NCBI GenBank assembly: GCA_045532175.1
Contig: JAZSFK010000028.1
Span: forward strand, 11,752-75,751
Source of the DNA: Candidatus Fimenecus sp.
GTDB taxonomy: Bacteria; Bacillota; Clostridia; Oscillospirales; Acutalibacteraceae
Direction of reading: 5' to 3'
Length of the DNA: 64,000 nt
Part shown: one piece after another, positions 17,916-26,846 of the stretch
How the letters are laid out: the number at the start of each line of letters is the position of its first letter
Position numbering within the stretch: position 1 is the stretch's first letter
Position numbers and translations under genes: made by a program
Notes under the pieces: model-generated
What the model was told of the DNA's origin: nothing
The model's database searches: none
Seen by the model: only the letters and a program-made list of their open reading frames with translations

Positions 17916-20006
17916 ATGAAGGCTAAATTGTTGTCACTTAATACTGATAAGAGTATGTCGTTTTCACGCTATCAGGCTCGTATTGACAGTAGCTTGAAAT
18001 CATATACAGGTGATAAGCTTGATTCATATCAGTTTGAAAATATCCGTGATATATTTGCGGCATTACAGGAAGCGTTGGAAAATGATGAACTTATCATTAC
18101 AGCGGTTGATGTTAAAAACTATTTGAGATTTAAAAATGCTTTGATTCAGGCTTTTGGTAACGATGCAACTTATGCACCTGCAGTTTTGAACAAGCTTGAA
18201 AAAATAACTGAACTTGAAGATAAAGTAAGGAAGGCTTTTTCAATTTTCCCTGAAGCAGCGACAGTGTTTGTTTCTAACGATGGCTTGTATTCTGGCTTTG
18301 GTCTTGAAAACGGTTCACAGTGCGTGTTATGTCTTCCAATTGACAATAACAGAATTGATGGTATTTTAAGAAATGGTGTAATTCCGTTTCTTTCGGATTC
18401 ATTTGAAGTTGTTGGTGTTGACGCGGAAATATCAAAGGCTCAGACTGCTAATCAGGAGAAAGTAGCACTTGCTGTTAAGAGAATCCTCGATTCTAATTCA
18501 CTTGTTGCAGTAAACGGTACTACAAATGCTGAAACACTTAAGAGCTGTGGTGATTCAGTCGAAGGCTTTAGCGATGCTTTTGTGTTCACTCCCCACGTTG
18601 AGGATAAGGGTAATGTTAATGCAACTGAGTATGCAGCCCAACTTGCAAAAGTTAGTCTTGATTTATCCGCAGCAAATATCGGTGCTTGTATTAGTGATAT
18701 TTATTCTGCTGGTGATGTGAATTATATTTGTATTGCAGTGGCAAGTGAAGAATCTGCTGTAGTCAGAAAACTTTATATGTCAGAAAATGAAACAGAATTA
18801 GCCTTTATTGAAAGTGCTGCTCTTGAACTTATTGAATTGATTGGTGAGAAAGCAACAGGTATCCGTAGCGTTGGTATTGAAATTACGGATGAACCTATGA
18901 TTGAGAATATAATTACAGAAAAGGATAAAAAATCCGTTGGTAAGAAGCCACTCATCGTTCTTGCTGTTATAATGAGCCTTGTAATTGTTGCATGCGTTGT
19001 ATTTGGTGTATTGTATGCAGTTAAGGGTGAGGATTTCTTCAGTTCAATGTTCCAACCCAAGGAAGAACAGACAACAGAAGCGGTTAAGACGGAAGAACCG
19101 ACAACAGAAGAAGAGGAAGAATTAGTTATCCCTGAATATGTAGAGCCTATGCTTCCTATTTCTGAATACATTGCCAGGGATTATCTTACAAAGCAACAGC
19201 CCACAACAGCTGTTGCAAACGGTAAAACACCTGAATACATCTCTATCAATGGACAGAGTTACGAGACAAAAGATGGTCTCGCAAGATTAGTTGCTGCAGA
19301 TACAGATGTTAGTGATTACGAGCCAGAAGCTATAAAAGCACAGGTCGTAGCAGTATATAGCTTCCTTAAATATAGAAATAATGGTTATGTAATTGATAAT
19401 GTTGTAATTGCCGATACATATCCTGAAGAGTTTCTTACACTTGTTGAATCAGTTTTTGGACAGTATGTTGCGTTAAATAACAATGTTGTTGTTACACCAT
19501 ATCATCTCTTTTCAGTGGGAAGAACAATGAATTTAAGTTCAATTATGCCTTATCTTACTTCTGTTACTGTACAAAATTCTCTAGAGTCATCATTTGATAG
19601 CACTAAAGTTGTTAAAGAAATTTCAGAAAAAGATATGAAATTAAAATTATTGTCATACGATAGAACAATGTCATTATCGTCAAATCCTGAAGCATGGATT
19701 CAAATAATTGACCGTGACTCTGCGGCAACTTCTGATATCGGATATGTATATACAATTAATGTGGCAGGTAAATCATATTATGGTCCATTCCTAAGAATTA
19801 TGTTGGGCGAAAATGTTGTTGCTTCAGGTTGCTATGATGTTGATTATGATGCTAGTAGACAGGTGTTTATTATTACTACATATGGTCAAGGTAGCGGAAT
19901 TGGTATGAGTCTTACCGGTGCAAAATATATGGCTGAAAACGGAAGCGATTACAAAACAATTCTTTCAACATATTATGTTGGCACAACAGTTGCTATGGAG
20001 GGGTAA
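17916..20006 (+). CDS. Bitopic membrane protein: cytoplasmic CinA-N-like region, one TM, acidic linker, extracytoplasmic SpoIID/LytB-type domain
   Basis: RBS GAGAGGT. TM LIVLAVIMSLVIVACVVFGVLYAV. Linker EEQTTEAVKTEEPTTEEEEE. SpoIID-like blocks are EAIKAQVVAVYSF, MPYLTSV and TTYGQGSGIGMSLTGAKYMAENGSDYKTILSTYYVG. Confidence 0.6.
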   Translation: MKAKLLSLNTDKSMSFSRYQARIDSSLKSYTGDKLDSYQFENIRDIFAALQEALENDELIITAVDVKNYLRFKNALIQAFGNDATYAPAVLNKLEKITELEDKVRKAFSIFPEAATVFVSNDGLYSGFGLENGSQCVLCLPIDNNRIDGILRNGVIPFLSDSFEVVGVDAEISKAQTANQEKVALAVKRILDSNSLVAVNGTTNAETLKSCGDSVEGFSDAFVFTPHVEDKGNVNATEYAAQLAKVSLDLSAANIGACISDIYSAGDVNYICIAVASEESAVVRKLYMSENETELAFIESAALELIELIGEKATGIRSVGIEITDEPMIENIITEKDKKSVGKKPLIVLAVIMSLVIVACVVFGVLYAVKGEDFFSSMFQPKEEQTTEAVKTEEPTTEEEEELVIPEYVEPMLPISEYIARDYLTKQQPTTAVANGKTPEYISINGQSYETKDGLARLVAADTDVSDYEPEAIKAQVVAVYSFLKYRNNGYVIDNVVIADTYPEEFLTLVESVFGQYVALNNNVVVTPYHLFSVGRTMNLSSIMPYLTSVTVQNSLESSFDSTKVVKEISEKDMKLKLLSYDRTMSLSSNPEAWIQIIDRDSAATSDIGYVYTINVAGKSYYGPFLRIMLGENVVASGCYDVDYDASRQVFIITTYGQGSGIGMSLTGAKYMAENGSDYKTILSTYYVGTTVAMEG

Positions 20007-20009
20007 AAC

Positions 20010-21029
20010 ATGAAAATATTGGTTACAGGCGGAGCAGGTTTTATTGGTTCACACACATGCGTTGAACTTTTAAATGCAGGTTATGAAATTGTAATTGTTG
20101 ATAATCTTTACAACTCAAGTGAAAAATCTCTTGATAGAGTAAAGGAATTGACAGGTAAGGACTTTTCTTTCTATCCTTACGACATCCGTGATAAGGAAAA
20201 TATGAGGAAGGTTTTTGAGGAACACAAAATTGATGCTTGTATTCATTTTGCAGGACTTAAAGCTGTTGGCGAAAGTGTAAGAAAACCACTTGAATATTAC
20301 GATAACAACATCGGCGGTACACTTGCACTTTGCGAGGTTATGCGTGAGTATGGTTGCAAAAAAATTGTTTTCAGTTCATCTGCAACTGTTTATGGCAGCA
20401 GTAATATTTCTCCACTCAAAGAGAATATGAAAACAGGTGGCACAACAAATCCTTATGGCACAACGAAGTATATGATTGAAATTATCCTTGAGGACTTCCA
20501 CAAGGGTGACAATGAATGGGCTGTAACACTTCTTCGCTACTTTAATCCTATTGGTGCTCATAAGAGTGGCAGAATTGGTGAAAATCCAAATGGTATTCCA
20601 AATAATCTTATGCCATATATTACACAGGTTGCAATCGGTAAGTTGCCATACCTTAATGTTTTCGGTGATGATTATAACACTCCTGACGGTACAGGCGTAA
20701 GAGATTATATCCACGTTGTTGACTTGGCTCTTGGCCATGTTAAAGCTGTTGAGAAGATTCTCAAGGATGAACCATCTGTTAATGTTTATAACCTTGGTAC
20801 AGGTAACGGCTACAGTGTTCTTGATATTGTGAAGGCATTCCAGCAGGCTTCAGGACAGAAGATTGAGTATAAAATTGTTGACCGTCGTCCGGGTGACCTC
20901 GATGTTTGCTATTCAGATGCTTCTAAGGCATTGAATGAGCTTGGTTGGAAGGCAGAACGTGAACTTCTCGAAATGTGCGAGGATTCATGGCGTTGGCAGA
21001 GCAATAATCCTAACGGATTTGAAGACTGA
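20010..21029 (+). CDS. galE: UDP-glucose 4-epimerase
   Basis: Motifs [15 protein letters not shown], the YGTTK catalytic motif, and DYIHVVDLA. 339 aa. Confidence 0.92.
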   Translation: MKILVTGGAGFIGSHTCVELLNAGYEIVIVDNLYNSSEKSLDRVKELTGKDFSFYPYDIRDKENMRKVFEEHKIDACIHFAGLKAVGESVRKPLEYYDNNIGGTLALCEVMREYGCKKIVFSSSATVYGSSNISPLKENMKTGGTTNPYGTTKYMIEIILEDFHKGDNEWAVTLLRYFNPIGAHKSGRIGENPNGIPNNLMPYITQVAIGKLPYLNVFGDDYNTPDGTGVRDYIHVVDLALGHVKAVEKILKDEPSVNVYNLGTGNGYSVLDIVKAFQQASGQKIEYKIVDRRPGDLDVCYSDASKALNELGWKAERELLEMCEDSWRWQSNNPNGFED

Positions 21030-21032
21030 TTT

Positions 21033-21620
21033 ATGAGAGTTTTTGATTTTGATAATACCCTTTATGATGGCGAAAGTATTTTTGATATTTTTATTTATTT
21101 TTTAAAGAAAGATACCAAAACTATTATCGGCTTTGCACCAAAATTTATCAGAGACTTTATCAGGTATAAGTTTGATAAGATTACTGTTGATGAAGCTATG
21201 ACAAGTTATGGCAGGAATTTTAAGGAGTATTGTCAGAAATATGATAATATCAATGCCGAATTTGAAAGGTTCTGGGACATAAATCAAAAGAAGGTAAAGA
21301 GTTTTTATGCTGAAATTCAGGATGATGAGGATATTGTTGTTTCAGGTTGTCCGTATTGCCTTTTGAAGATTATTTGTGACAGAATAGGGATAAAGCATTA
21401 CATAGGCTCCGATATTGACCCTATAAAGGGTGAAATCAACAGTATATGTTATAAGGAGCATAAATTAGAAGTGTTTCGTTCAGTTTATGGGGATGTCGTT
21501 ATTGATGATTTTTATACTGATTCAATGGCGGATAAACCAATGATGGATATTTCTAAAAACGTCTTTTTAGTTAAGGGAGATAAAATTACTCAAATAAAAA
21601 AAGACGGAGTAACAATTTAA
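21033..21620 (+). CDS. HAD-superfamily hydrolase (subfamily IB-like)
   Basis: Motif I FDFDNTL at the N-terminus and a C-terminal DS..D motif (YTDSMADKPMM). 195 aa. Confidence 0.6.
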   Translation: MRVFDFDNTLYDGESIFDIFIYFLKKDTKTIIGFAPKFIRDFIRYKFDKITVDEAMTSYGRNFKEYCQKYDNINAEFERFWDINQKKVKSFYAEIQDDEDIVVSGCPYCLLKIICDRIGIKHYIGSDIDPIKGEINSICYKEHKLEVFRSVYGDVVIDDFYTDSMADKPMMDISKNVFLVKGDKITQIKKDGVTI

Positions 21621-21627
21621 TAATTTT

Positions 21628-21954
21628 GAGTAAATTGGGCAGTTGCGTAAGTTTTTTACTTATGAGGAAAGTCCGAGCATCACACAGCAGGGTAACGGCT
21701 AACGGCCGCCGAGGGTGACCTTAGGGAAAGTGCATAGAGAATAACCGCCGTTTATAACGGTAAGGGTGGAAAGGTGAGGTAAGAGCTCACCGGCGTTGCA
21801 GAGATGTAACGGCCGAGCAAACCCTACCCGATGCAACATCGACAGGAGTTGTCAGCTGGGCATATCCTCCGACAGATGGCTTCAGGCACATAGCAATATG
21901 TGTCGCAGATAGATAATTGCCTTAAACGACAGAACTCGGCTTACAGATTTACTC
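21628..21954 (+). ncRNA. rnpB: RNase P RNA (bacterial M1-type ribozyme)
   Basis: Conserved P4 strands GAGGAAAGTCCGAGC (5') and ACAGAACTCGGCTTAC (3'). P1 pairing GAGTAAAT (21628-35) / ATTTACTC (21947-54). Internal GGTAACGGC.., AGGGTGAAAGGTGAGGTAAGAGCTCACC-like blocks are present. Exact ends are approximate. Confidence 0.9.
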
Positions 21955-21962
21955 ATTTTTAT

Positions 21963-21994
21963 AAAATAGGGTGATTTGGTCACCCTATTTTTTA
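21963..21994 (+). terminator. Terminator after rnpB
   Basis: AATAGGGTGA / TCACCCTATT stem followed by a T-tract. Confidence 0.75.
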
Positions 21995-22050
21995 TTGACT
22001 TTTAATTATTGCAGGATTAAAATGTAAATGAGAAAGGAAATGGTGATTTT

Positions 22051-23349
22051 ATGAAAAAGATTATATCTTTACTACTTGTTGTAATGCTTATGATGACCAC
22101 AATTACGCCTGTTTCAGCCTGTGTTGATTCAGGAAATGATGAAGTCAGACTTGTAGACAAAAGTGGGTTTAAAACAGATTATCCATACATTTTTGTTCAT
22201 GGAATGGGTGGCTGGGGACCATCAAACAAATTCTATGATTTATCACCGTATTGGGGTGGTGGCTTAGGACTCTCAGACACTGATTTTGTAGAAATGCTTA
22301 ATGACCAGGGGGTAGAAGCTTATGCTGCTGAGGTTGGTCCGTTGAGTAGTGCTTGGGACAGAGCTTGTGAATTGTATGCTCAGCTAATGGGTACAGTTGT
22401 AGACTATGGTGAGGCACATTCAAAAGCCCATAATCACGACAGATACGGATTTTCTTATGAGGGTAAACCTCTTATGGGCAAAGTATGGAATCACAAGGAC
22501 AAGATTAACCTTGTTGGGCATTCTTTTGGCGGAGAAACTATAAGATTGTTTACTTCTTTGATGGCTTATGGCTGTGAAGAAGAAATTGCTGCAACAGGTG
22601 AAGATACAAGCCCATTCTTCAAGGGCGGAAACGACAGTGTACATTCATGTATAACTCTTTCAAGTCCTCATAATGGCACTCAGGTAGCGAATATCCTTTA
22701 TGACCCAGGATACCCTCTTTATGGTGTTGTGTTTCTTTATAATGTGATTGGTGCAACTCTTGGAAATGAGTTTCTTGTTTTCTCACTCCAAATGAGCCAT
22801 TTCGGTCTTACTCCTGCACAGGGTGAGGCGCGTGCTAAATTGGATATGAGTAAGGTTGCAAAGTATTATTACGCAGAGGATAACTGTTATTATGACCTTA
22901 CAATAAGAGGCGCAAGGGAGCTAAATGAAACCATTAAACTTGCACCGAATACCTATTATTACTCATATAGCACATCTGCAACTTATGAGCCTTATACAGG
23001 TAGTGCACCTATAATAAATAGTACAGTAACACCGATTTTCTACATTTCATCAACAATGATGTTGCTTTCAGTCGGCAAAACCTATGATGATGTTACCATT
23101 GAGGGTGATTGGGCAGAACACGACGGAATTGTCCCGTTGGCAAGTGCCTTGTATCCTTCTTGTGACGCTGAAACTGCAAAAAGTTATGAAGAAAGTATTG
23201 CAAAAGGCGAAGCAATTGAGCCCGGAAGATGGTATTACATGAAAACTATGAAGGGCACTGACCACTTTGATTTCTGCGGTACAAGGGATTATCCGACAAC
23301 CTATGATGATTTCTATTTTTCAATGGTAGAGATTGCTAACAGCAGATAA
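22051..23349 (+). CDS. Secreted lipase/esterase (alpha/beta hydrolase)
   Basis: Signal peptide MKKIISLLLVVMLMMTTITPVSA. Motifs YPYIFVHGMGGWG, the nucleophile elbow GHSFGG, and a C-terminal DGIVP and GTDHFDF. Confidence 0.75.
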   Translation: MKKIISLLLVVMLMMTTITPVSACVDSGNDEVRLVDKSGFKTDYPYIFVHGMGGWGPSNKFYDLSPYWGGGLGLSDTDFVEMLNDQGVEAYAAEVGPLSSAWDRACELYAQLMGTVVDYGEAHSKAHNHDRYGFSYEGKPLMGKVWNHKDKINLVGHSFGGETIRLFTSLMAYGCEEEIAATGEDTSPFFKGGNDSVHSCITLSSPHNGTQVANILYDPGYPLYGVVFLYNVIGATLGNEFLVFSLQMSHFGLTPAQGEARAKLDMSKVAKYYYAEDNCYYDLTIRGARELNETIKLAPNTYYYSYSTSATYEPYTGSAPIINSTVTPIFYISSTMMLLSVGKTYDDVTIEGDWAEHDGIVPLASALYPSCDAETAKSYEESIAKGEAIEPGRWYYMKTMKGTDHFDFCGTRDYPTTYDDFYFSMVEIANSR

Positions 23350-23355
23350 TAGAAT

Positions 23356-23386
23356 AAAGGACTGCTTATTATTAAGCAGTCCTTTT
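23356..23386 (+). terminator. Terminator after the lipase gene
   Basis: AAAGGACTGCTTA / TAAGCAGTCCTTT stem followed by TTTT. Confidence 0.75.
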
Positions 23387-23430
23387 AACATATATCAAAT
23401 ACAATCATAGAATAAACTGAGGTGATATTT

Positions 23431-23775
23431 ATGATTGATATAATTGTGTGGTCTGTTTTTTTAGCACTTATACTCCTTGGAACAGTTGCAATTTGCTATC
23501 TTATTATGTTAAAATTATTGTTACCGGGTTGTAAAGATGAATACTATGTCTTGTTGCCCTGTGATGATAAGACAATGGATATTCGTAAAAAGGCTTATGG
23601 ATTGCGTTTGAAACTCAATCTTTCGGGTGAGGAATCAAATGGTAAAATACTTGTTATAGATTATGGTATAAGTAAAGAAGAAAAACAGTCACTTCTTGAA
23701 ATTTGCACAGACTATAACGGAATTTATTGCATTGAGAAGAATAGTATTAAGGAATTTTTTGATGAAAGAGATTGA
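23431..23775 (+). CDS. Small membrane-anchored protein of unknown function
   Basis: ATG 23431 after GAGGTGA. N-terminal TM IIVWSVFLALILLGTVAICYLIMLKLLL followed by a soluble domain of about 80 aa. Its 3' end overlaps the recD2 start by 14 nt. Confidence 0.5.
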   Translation: MIDIIVWSVFLALILLGTVAICYLIMLKLLLPGCKDEYYVLLPCDDKTMDIRKKAYGLRLKLNLSGEESNGKILVIDYGISKEEKQSLLEICTDYNGIYCIEKNSIKEFFDERD

Positions 23776-25963
23776 AGAAAAAATCAAAATAAAAGGCATA
23801 GTAACTGATGTTACATATCGAAATGATACTAATGGTTATACCGTTTTTGAAGTCGATACAGGTGATGAGGAAATCACAGTTGTCGGTATTGTTGCGGACA
23901 TAAATCTAAGTGACAAGGTTGAACTTGTGGGAGATTATATTTACCATTCGGTTTACGGAAGACAGTTTAAGGCTGAATTCTGTACTGCACTTATGCCCGA
24001 AACTGTTGAGGACCTTTACCATTATCTTGCGAGTGGTGTTGTTAAAGGTATAAGAGAATCAACCGCACTTAAAATAATTGACAGATTTGGTGAAAAAACT
24101 TTTGATATTTTAGAATATGACCCCGAAAGACTTGCTGAAATCAAAGGGATTTCCCTTGAAAAAGCGAGAAAAATAGGTAAGGAGTATAAAAAACAATGTT
24201 CCACAAGAGCCTTGATTATAAGTCTTTCAAAATATGGTCTTAATACAAGTGAATGCCTTTTAGCTTATGAAAAATTAGGAAGTAATGTTATTGAGATAAT
24301 CGAGCAAAACCCATATATTCTTTGTGAGGGTGAGTCGAAGATTTCCTTTGAACGTGCAGAACAAATCGCGGAGCTTTTACCTCGAAAACCTGATTCAAAG
24401 CATAGGACAGAGGCTGGAATACTCTATGTAATAAGACATAATTACAGTAATGGTCATACTTGTCTGCCACTTGATAAAATCTATACTCCGTCCAGGGAAC
24501 TGCTCAATGAAAGCAGTGAAAATATCGAAATTGCCATAGATAATCTTGTTCAGACAAAAAGAGTTATTGTTGAAAAAATAAGCAACAAGGACTTTATCTT
24601 CTTGCCTGAAGCATATAACGCAGAAAAAAGTATTGCAAGAAGGCTAAATGTTTTGCTTAAATATCCGCCTGAAAATCCAATAGATGTTGAGTCTTATATT
24701 GATAAAATTGAAAAGAAGTACAAAATTCAATATGCTGAATTTCAAAAGAAAGCAATTATTACTGCAGTGAATAAAGGTGTACTGATTTTAACAGGCGGTC
24801 CGGGTACAGGCAAAACAACAACCTTGAATGGAATTATCGATATGTTTGAAAAGGATTTCCTGGATATAGCATTGTGTGCACCGACAGGACGTGCGGCACA
24901 GAGAATGACAGAGGCCACAGGCAGAACGGCCACAACAATTCACAGACTTTTAGAGGTGGAATGGTCAGAAAGAAATAAGCCCGAATTCAGGCGAAATCTT
25001 CGTAATCCTCTTGATTGTCAGGCGGTTATTGTGGACGAAATGTCAATGGTTGATGTTTTCTTGTTTTCAAGTCTTTTGGATGCACTTCCACTTGGATGTA
25101 GGCTTATTATGGTAGGGGATAGTGACCAGTTGCCGTCAGTCAGTCCCGGAAACGTTCTAAAAGATTTAATCGATAGCGGACTCCTGCCGGTTGTTCAGCT
25201 TAAGGAGATTTTCCGCCAATCGTTGGAGAGTAATATTGTGCGTAACGCACATGCAATTGTTAATGGTGAACAAATTGAAACCGACTATAAGGATGGAGAT
25301 TTTTATTTCTTGCAACGTCATTTTTCTCTTGATGCAGTAAGAACAATTAAAGATTTATGTATAAAAAGATTGCCTGATGCATACGGATTTGACCCAACAA
25401 CACAGATTCAGGTGCTTTGCCCATCAAAAAAAGGCGAAACGGGAACGTTTAATCTTAATCAGGTTTTGCAGGAGTGTATAAATCCGCCTGCTGAGGATAA
25501 AAGAGAATACAACACGGGGTATCGTCTTTTCCGTGAAGGGGATAAGGTTATGCAGACCAAGAATAACTACAATATTCATTGGGAATCCGACAATGAAGAG
25601 GGAGACGGCATATTCAACGGTGATATTGGTTTTATTGAAACTATTGATATGCGTCACGATGCAATAGTTATTGATTTTGCAGGTAAAAGAGCAACTTATT
25701 CGAAAGAACAATTACAGGAAATAGAACTTGCTTATGCTGTTACAGTACACAAAAGTCAGGGTAGTGAGTTTGATGCTGTAATTATGCCTGTAATTTCTGT
25801 GAATAGCAGACTTTGTTACCGAAATCTTCTCTATACTGCTGTAACAAGAGCGAAGAAGATGCTTATTCTTGTTGGTACAACCTCTTATCTTAACAGTATG
25901 ATTGAGAATAATAAAACACAGTTAAGATATTCTGCTTTAAAATATTTTATGCTTGACAATTAA
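23762..25963 (+). CDS. recD2: ATP-dependent RecD2-type SF1 DNA helicase
   Basis: Start taken at MKEIEEKIKIKGIV (OB-like N-terminus ..YRNDTNGYTVFEV). Walker A GGPGTGKTT, motif VDEMSMVD, GDSDQLPSV, and C-terminal VHKSQGSEF and YTAVTRAK. Confidence 0.88.
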   Translation: MKEIEEKIKIKGIVTDVTYRNDTNGYTVFEVDTGDEEITVVGIVADINLSDKVELVGDYIYHSVYGRQFKAEFCTALMPETVEDLYHYLASGVVKGIRESTALKIIDRFGEKTFDILEYDPERLAEIKGISLEKARKIGKEYKKQCSTRALIISLSKYGLNTSECLLAYEKLGSNVIEIIEQNPYILCEGESKISFERAEQIAELLPRKPDSKHRTEAGILYVIRHNYSNGHTCLPLDKIYTPSRELLNESSENIEIAIDNLVQTKRVIVEKISNKDFIFLPEAYNAEKSIARRLNVLLKYPPENPIDVESYIDKIEKKYKIQYAEFQKKAIITAVNKGVLILTGGPGTGKTTTLNGIIDMFEKDFLDIALCAPTGRAAQRMTEATGRTATTIHRLLEVEWSERNKPEFRRNLRNPLDCQAVIVDEMSMVDVFLFSSLLDALPLGCRLIMVGDSDQLPSVSPGNVLKDLIDSGLLPVVQLKEIFRQSLESNIVRNAHAIVNGEQIETDYKDGDFYFLQRHFSLDAVRTIKDLCIKRLPDAYGFDPTTQIQVLCPSKKGETGTFNLNQVLQECINPPAEDKREYNTGYRLFREGDKVMQTKNNYNIHWESDNEEGDGIFNGDIGFIETIDMRHDAIVIDFAGKRATYSKEQLQEIELAYAVTVHKSQGSEFDAVIMPVISVNSRLCYRNLLYTAVTRAKKMLILVGTTSYLNSMIENNKTQLRYSALKYFMLDN

Positions 25964-26002
25964 AAATCAAGTAGTATAATGAAAACAAGCCAAGAAAATT
26001 CA

Positions 26003-26136
26003 ATATTATGGGTGCTGACGGTTAAGTCGGCTGAGATTGAGGTTAATCTACCTCTGACCATTGAACCTGATACGGATAATGCCGGCGTAGGAAATTCTTC
26101 ATTCAGCCTTGCGGTATTCCTTGGCTGAATTTTTTA
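26003..26136 (+). promoter_or_regulatory. TPP (THI-box) riboswitch with terminator expression platform
   Basis: GGGTGCTGA..GGCTGAGA...ACC.TTGAACCTGATACGGATAATGCCGGCGTAGGAA matches the THI-box core. It is followed by the ATTCAGCC / GGCTGAAT hairpin plus TTTTTT (26101-26135), directly upstream of thiT. Confidence 0.88.
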
Positions 26137-26153
26137 TTTGGAGATGATATTGA

Positions 26154-26810
26154 ATGAAAAAGAAAAACTTGTATTGGTTAGTTGAAAGCGCAATTATGAT
26201 TGCCCTTTCAGCCGTCTTGGAGGCGGTATCAAAATCCATTATTCCTGAGATGGCTTTTGGCGGGCAAATTACCATTGTCAGTATGCTTCCTGTTGTGCTT
26301 GTTGCATGGAAGTATGGTTTAGGTAAAGGACTTATTACGGGCTTTATTTATTCATTGGTACAAATGGTGATGGGTGTCGGAACTATCAGTAAAATGATTT
26401 TGCCGACATCAGACGAGTACTTAGGTAGTCTTGTGAATATAATAATTATGTTTGTCCTTGACTATATACTTGCATATACTGTTCTCGGACTTTCTGCAAT
26501 GTATAAAAAGGCAATTAAAAAGGATTATATTTCATTACCGCTCGGTGCGTTTACGGTTCTTTTATTACGTTATATTTGCCATATTATTTCGGGATATGTT
26601 CTTTTTGGGGCTTGGGCAGAATGGTTTTTCACACAGGAAGGCTTTTATTCTTGGGGTGCAACAATTGTAAATACATTCAGCGGCAATGCGCTTTCACTTG
26701 TTTATTCAATAATCTACAATGGCTTCTATATGGTTCCTGAAATTATAATCACAACTATTGTTGCGATTGTTATAGGAAAGATTCCGCAAATTATAAAAAC
26801 AAAGGCATAA
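26154..26810 (+). CDS. thiT: ECF-transporter thiamine-specific S component ThiT
   Basis: 218 aa, 6 TM segments, immediately downstream of the TPP riboswitch. Confidence 0.75.
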   Translation: MKKKNLYWLVESAIMIALSAVLEAVSKSIIPEMAFGGQITIVSMLPVVLVAWKYGLGKGLITGFIYSLVQMVMGVGTISKMILPTSDEYLGSLVNIIIMFVLDYILAYTVLGLSAMYKKAIKKDYISLPLGAFTVLLLRYICHIISGYVLFGAWAEWFFTQEGFYSWGATIVNTFSGNALSLVYSIIYNGFYMVPEIIITTIVAIVIGKIPQIIKTKA

Positions 26811-26846
26811 AAAAGTTCCCTAAGCAAGATTGCTTGGGGAGTTCTT

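Noticed and set aside
23696-23761. 5' extensions of the recD2 ORF; the same issue affects spoVAE (31436), folP (57142), rbgA (44229) and yhaM (34745) in the track
   Set aside because: In each case an internal ATG with a proper SD sequence matches the family N-terminus. The extensions overlap upstream genes or intergenic promoters.
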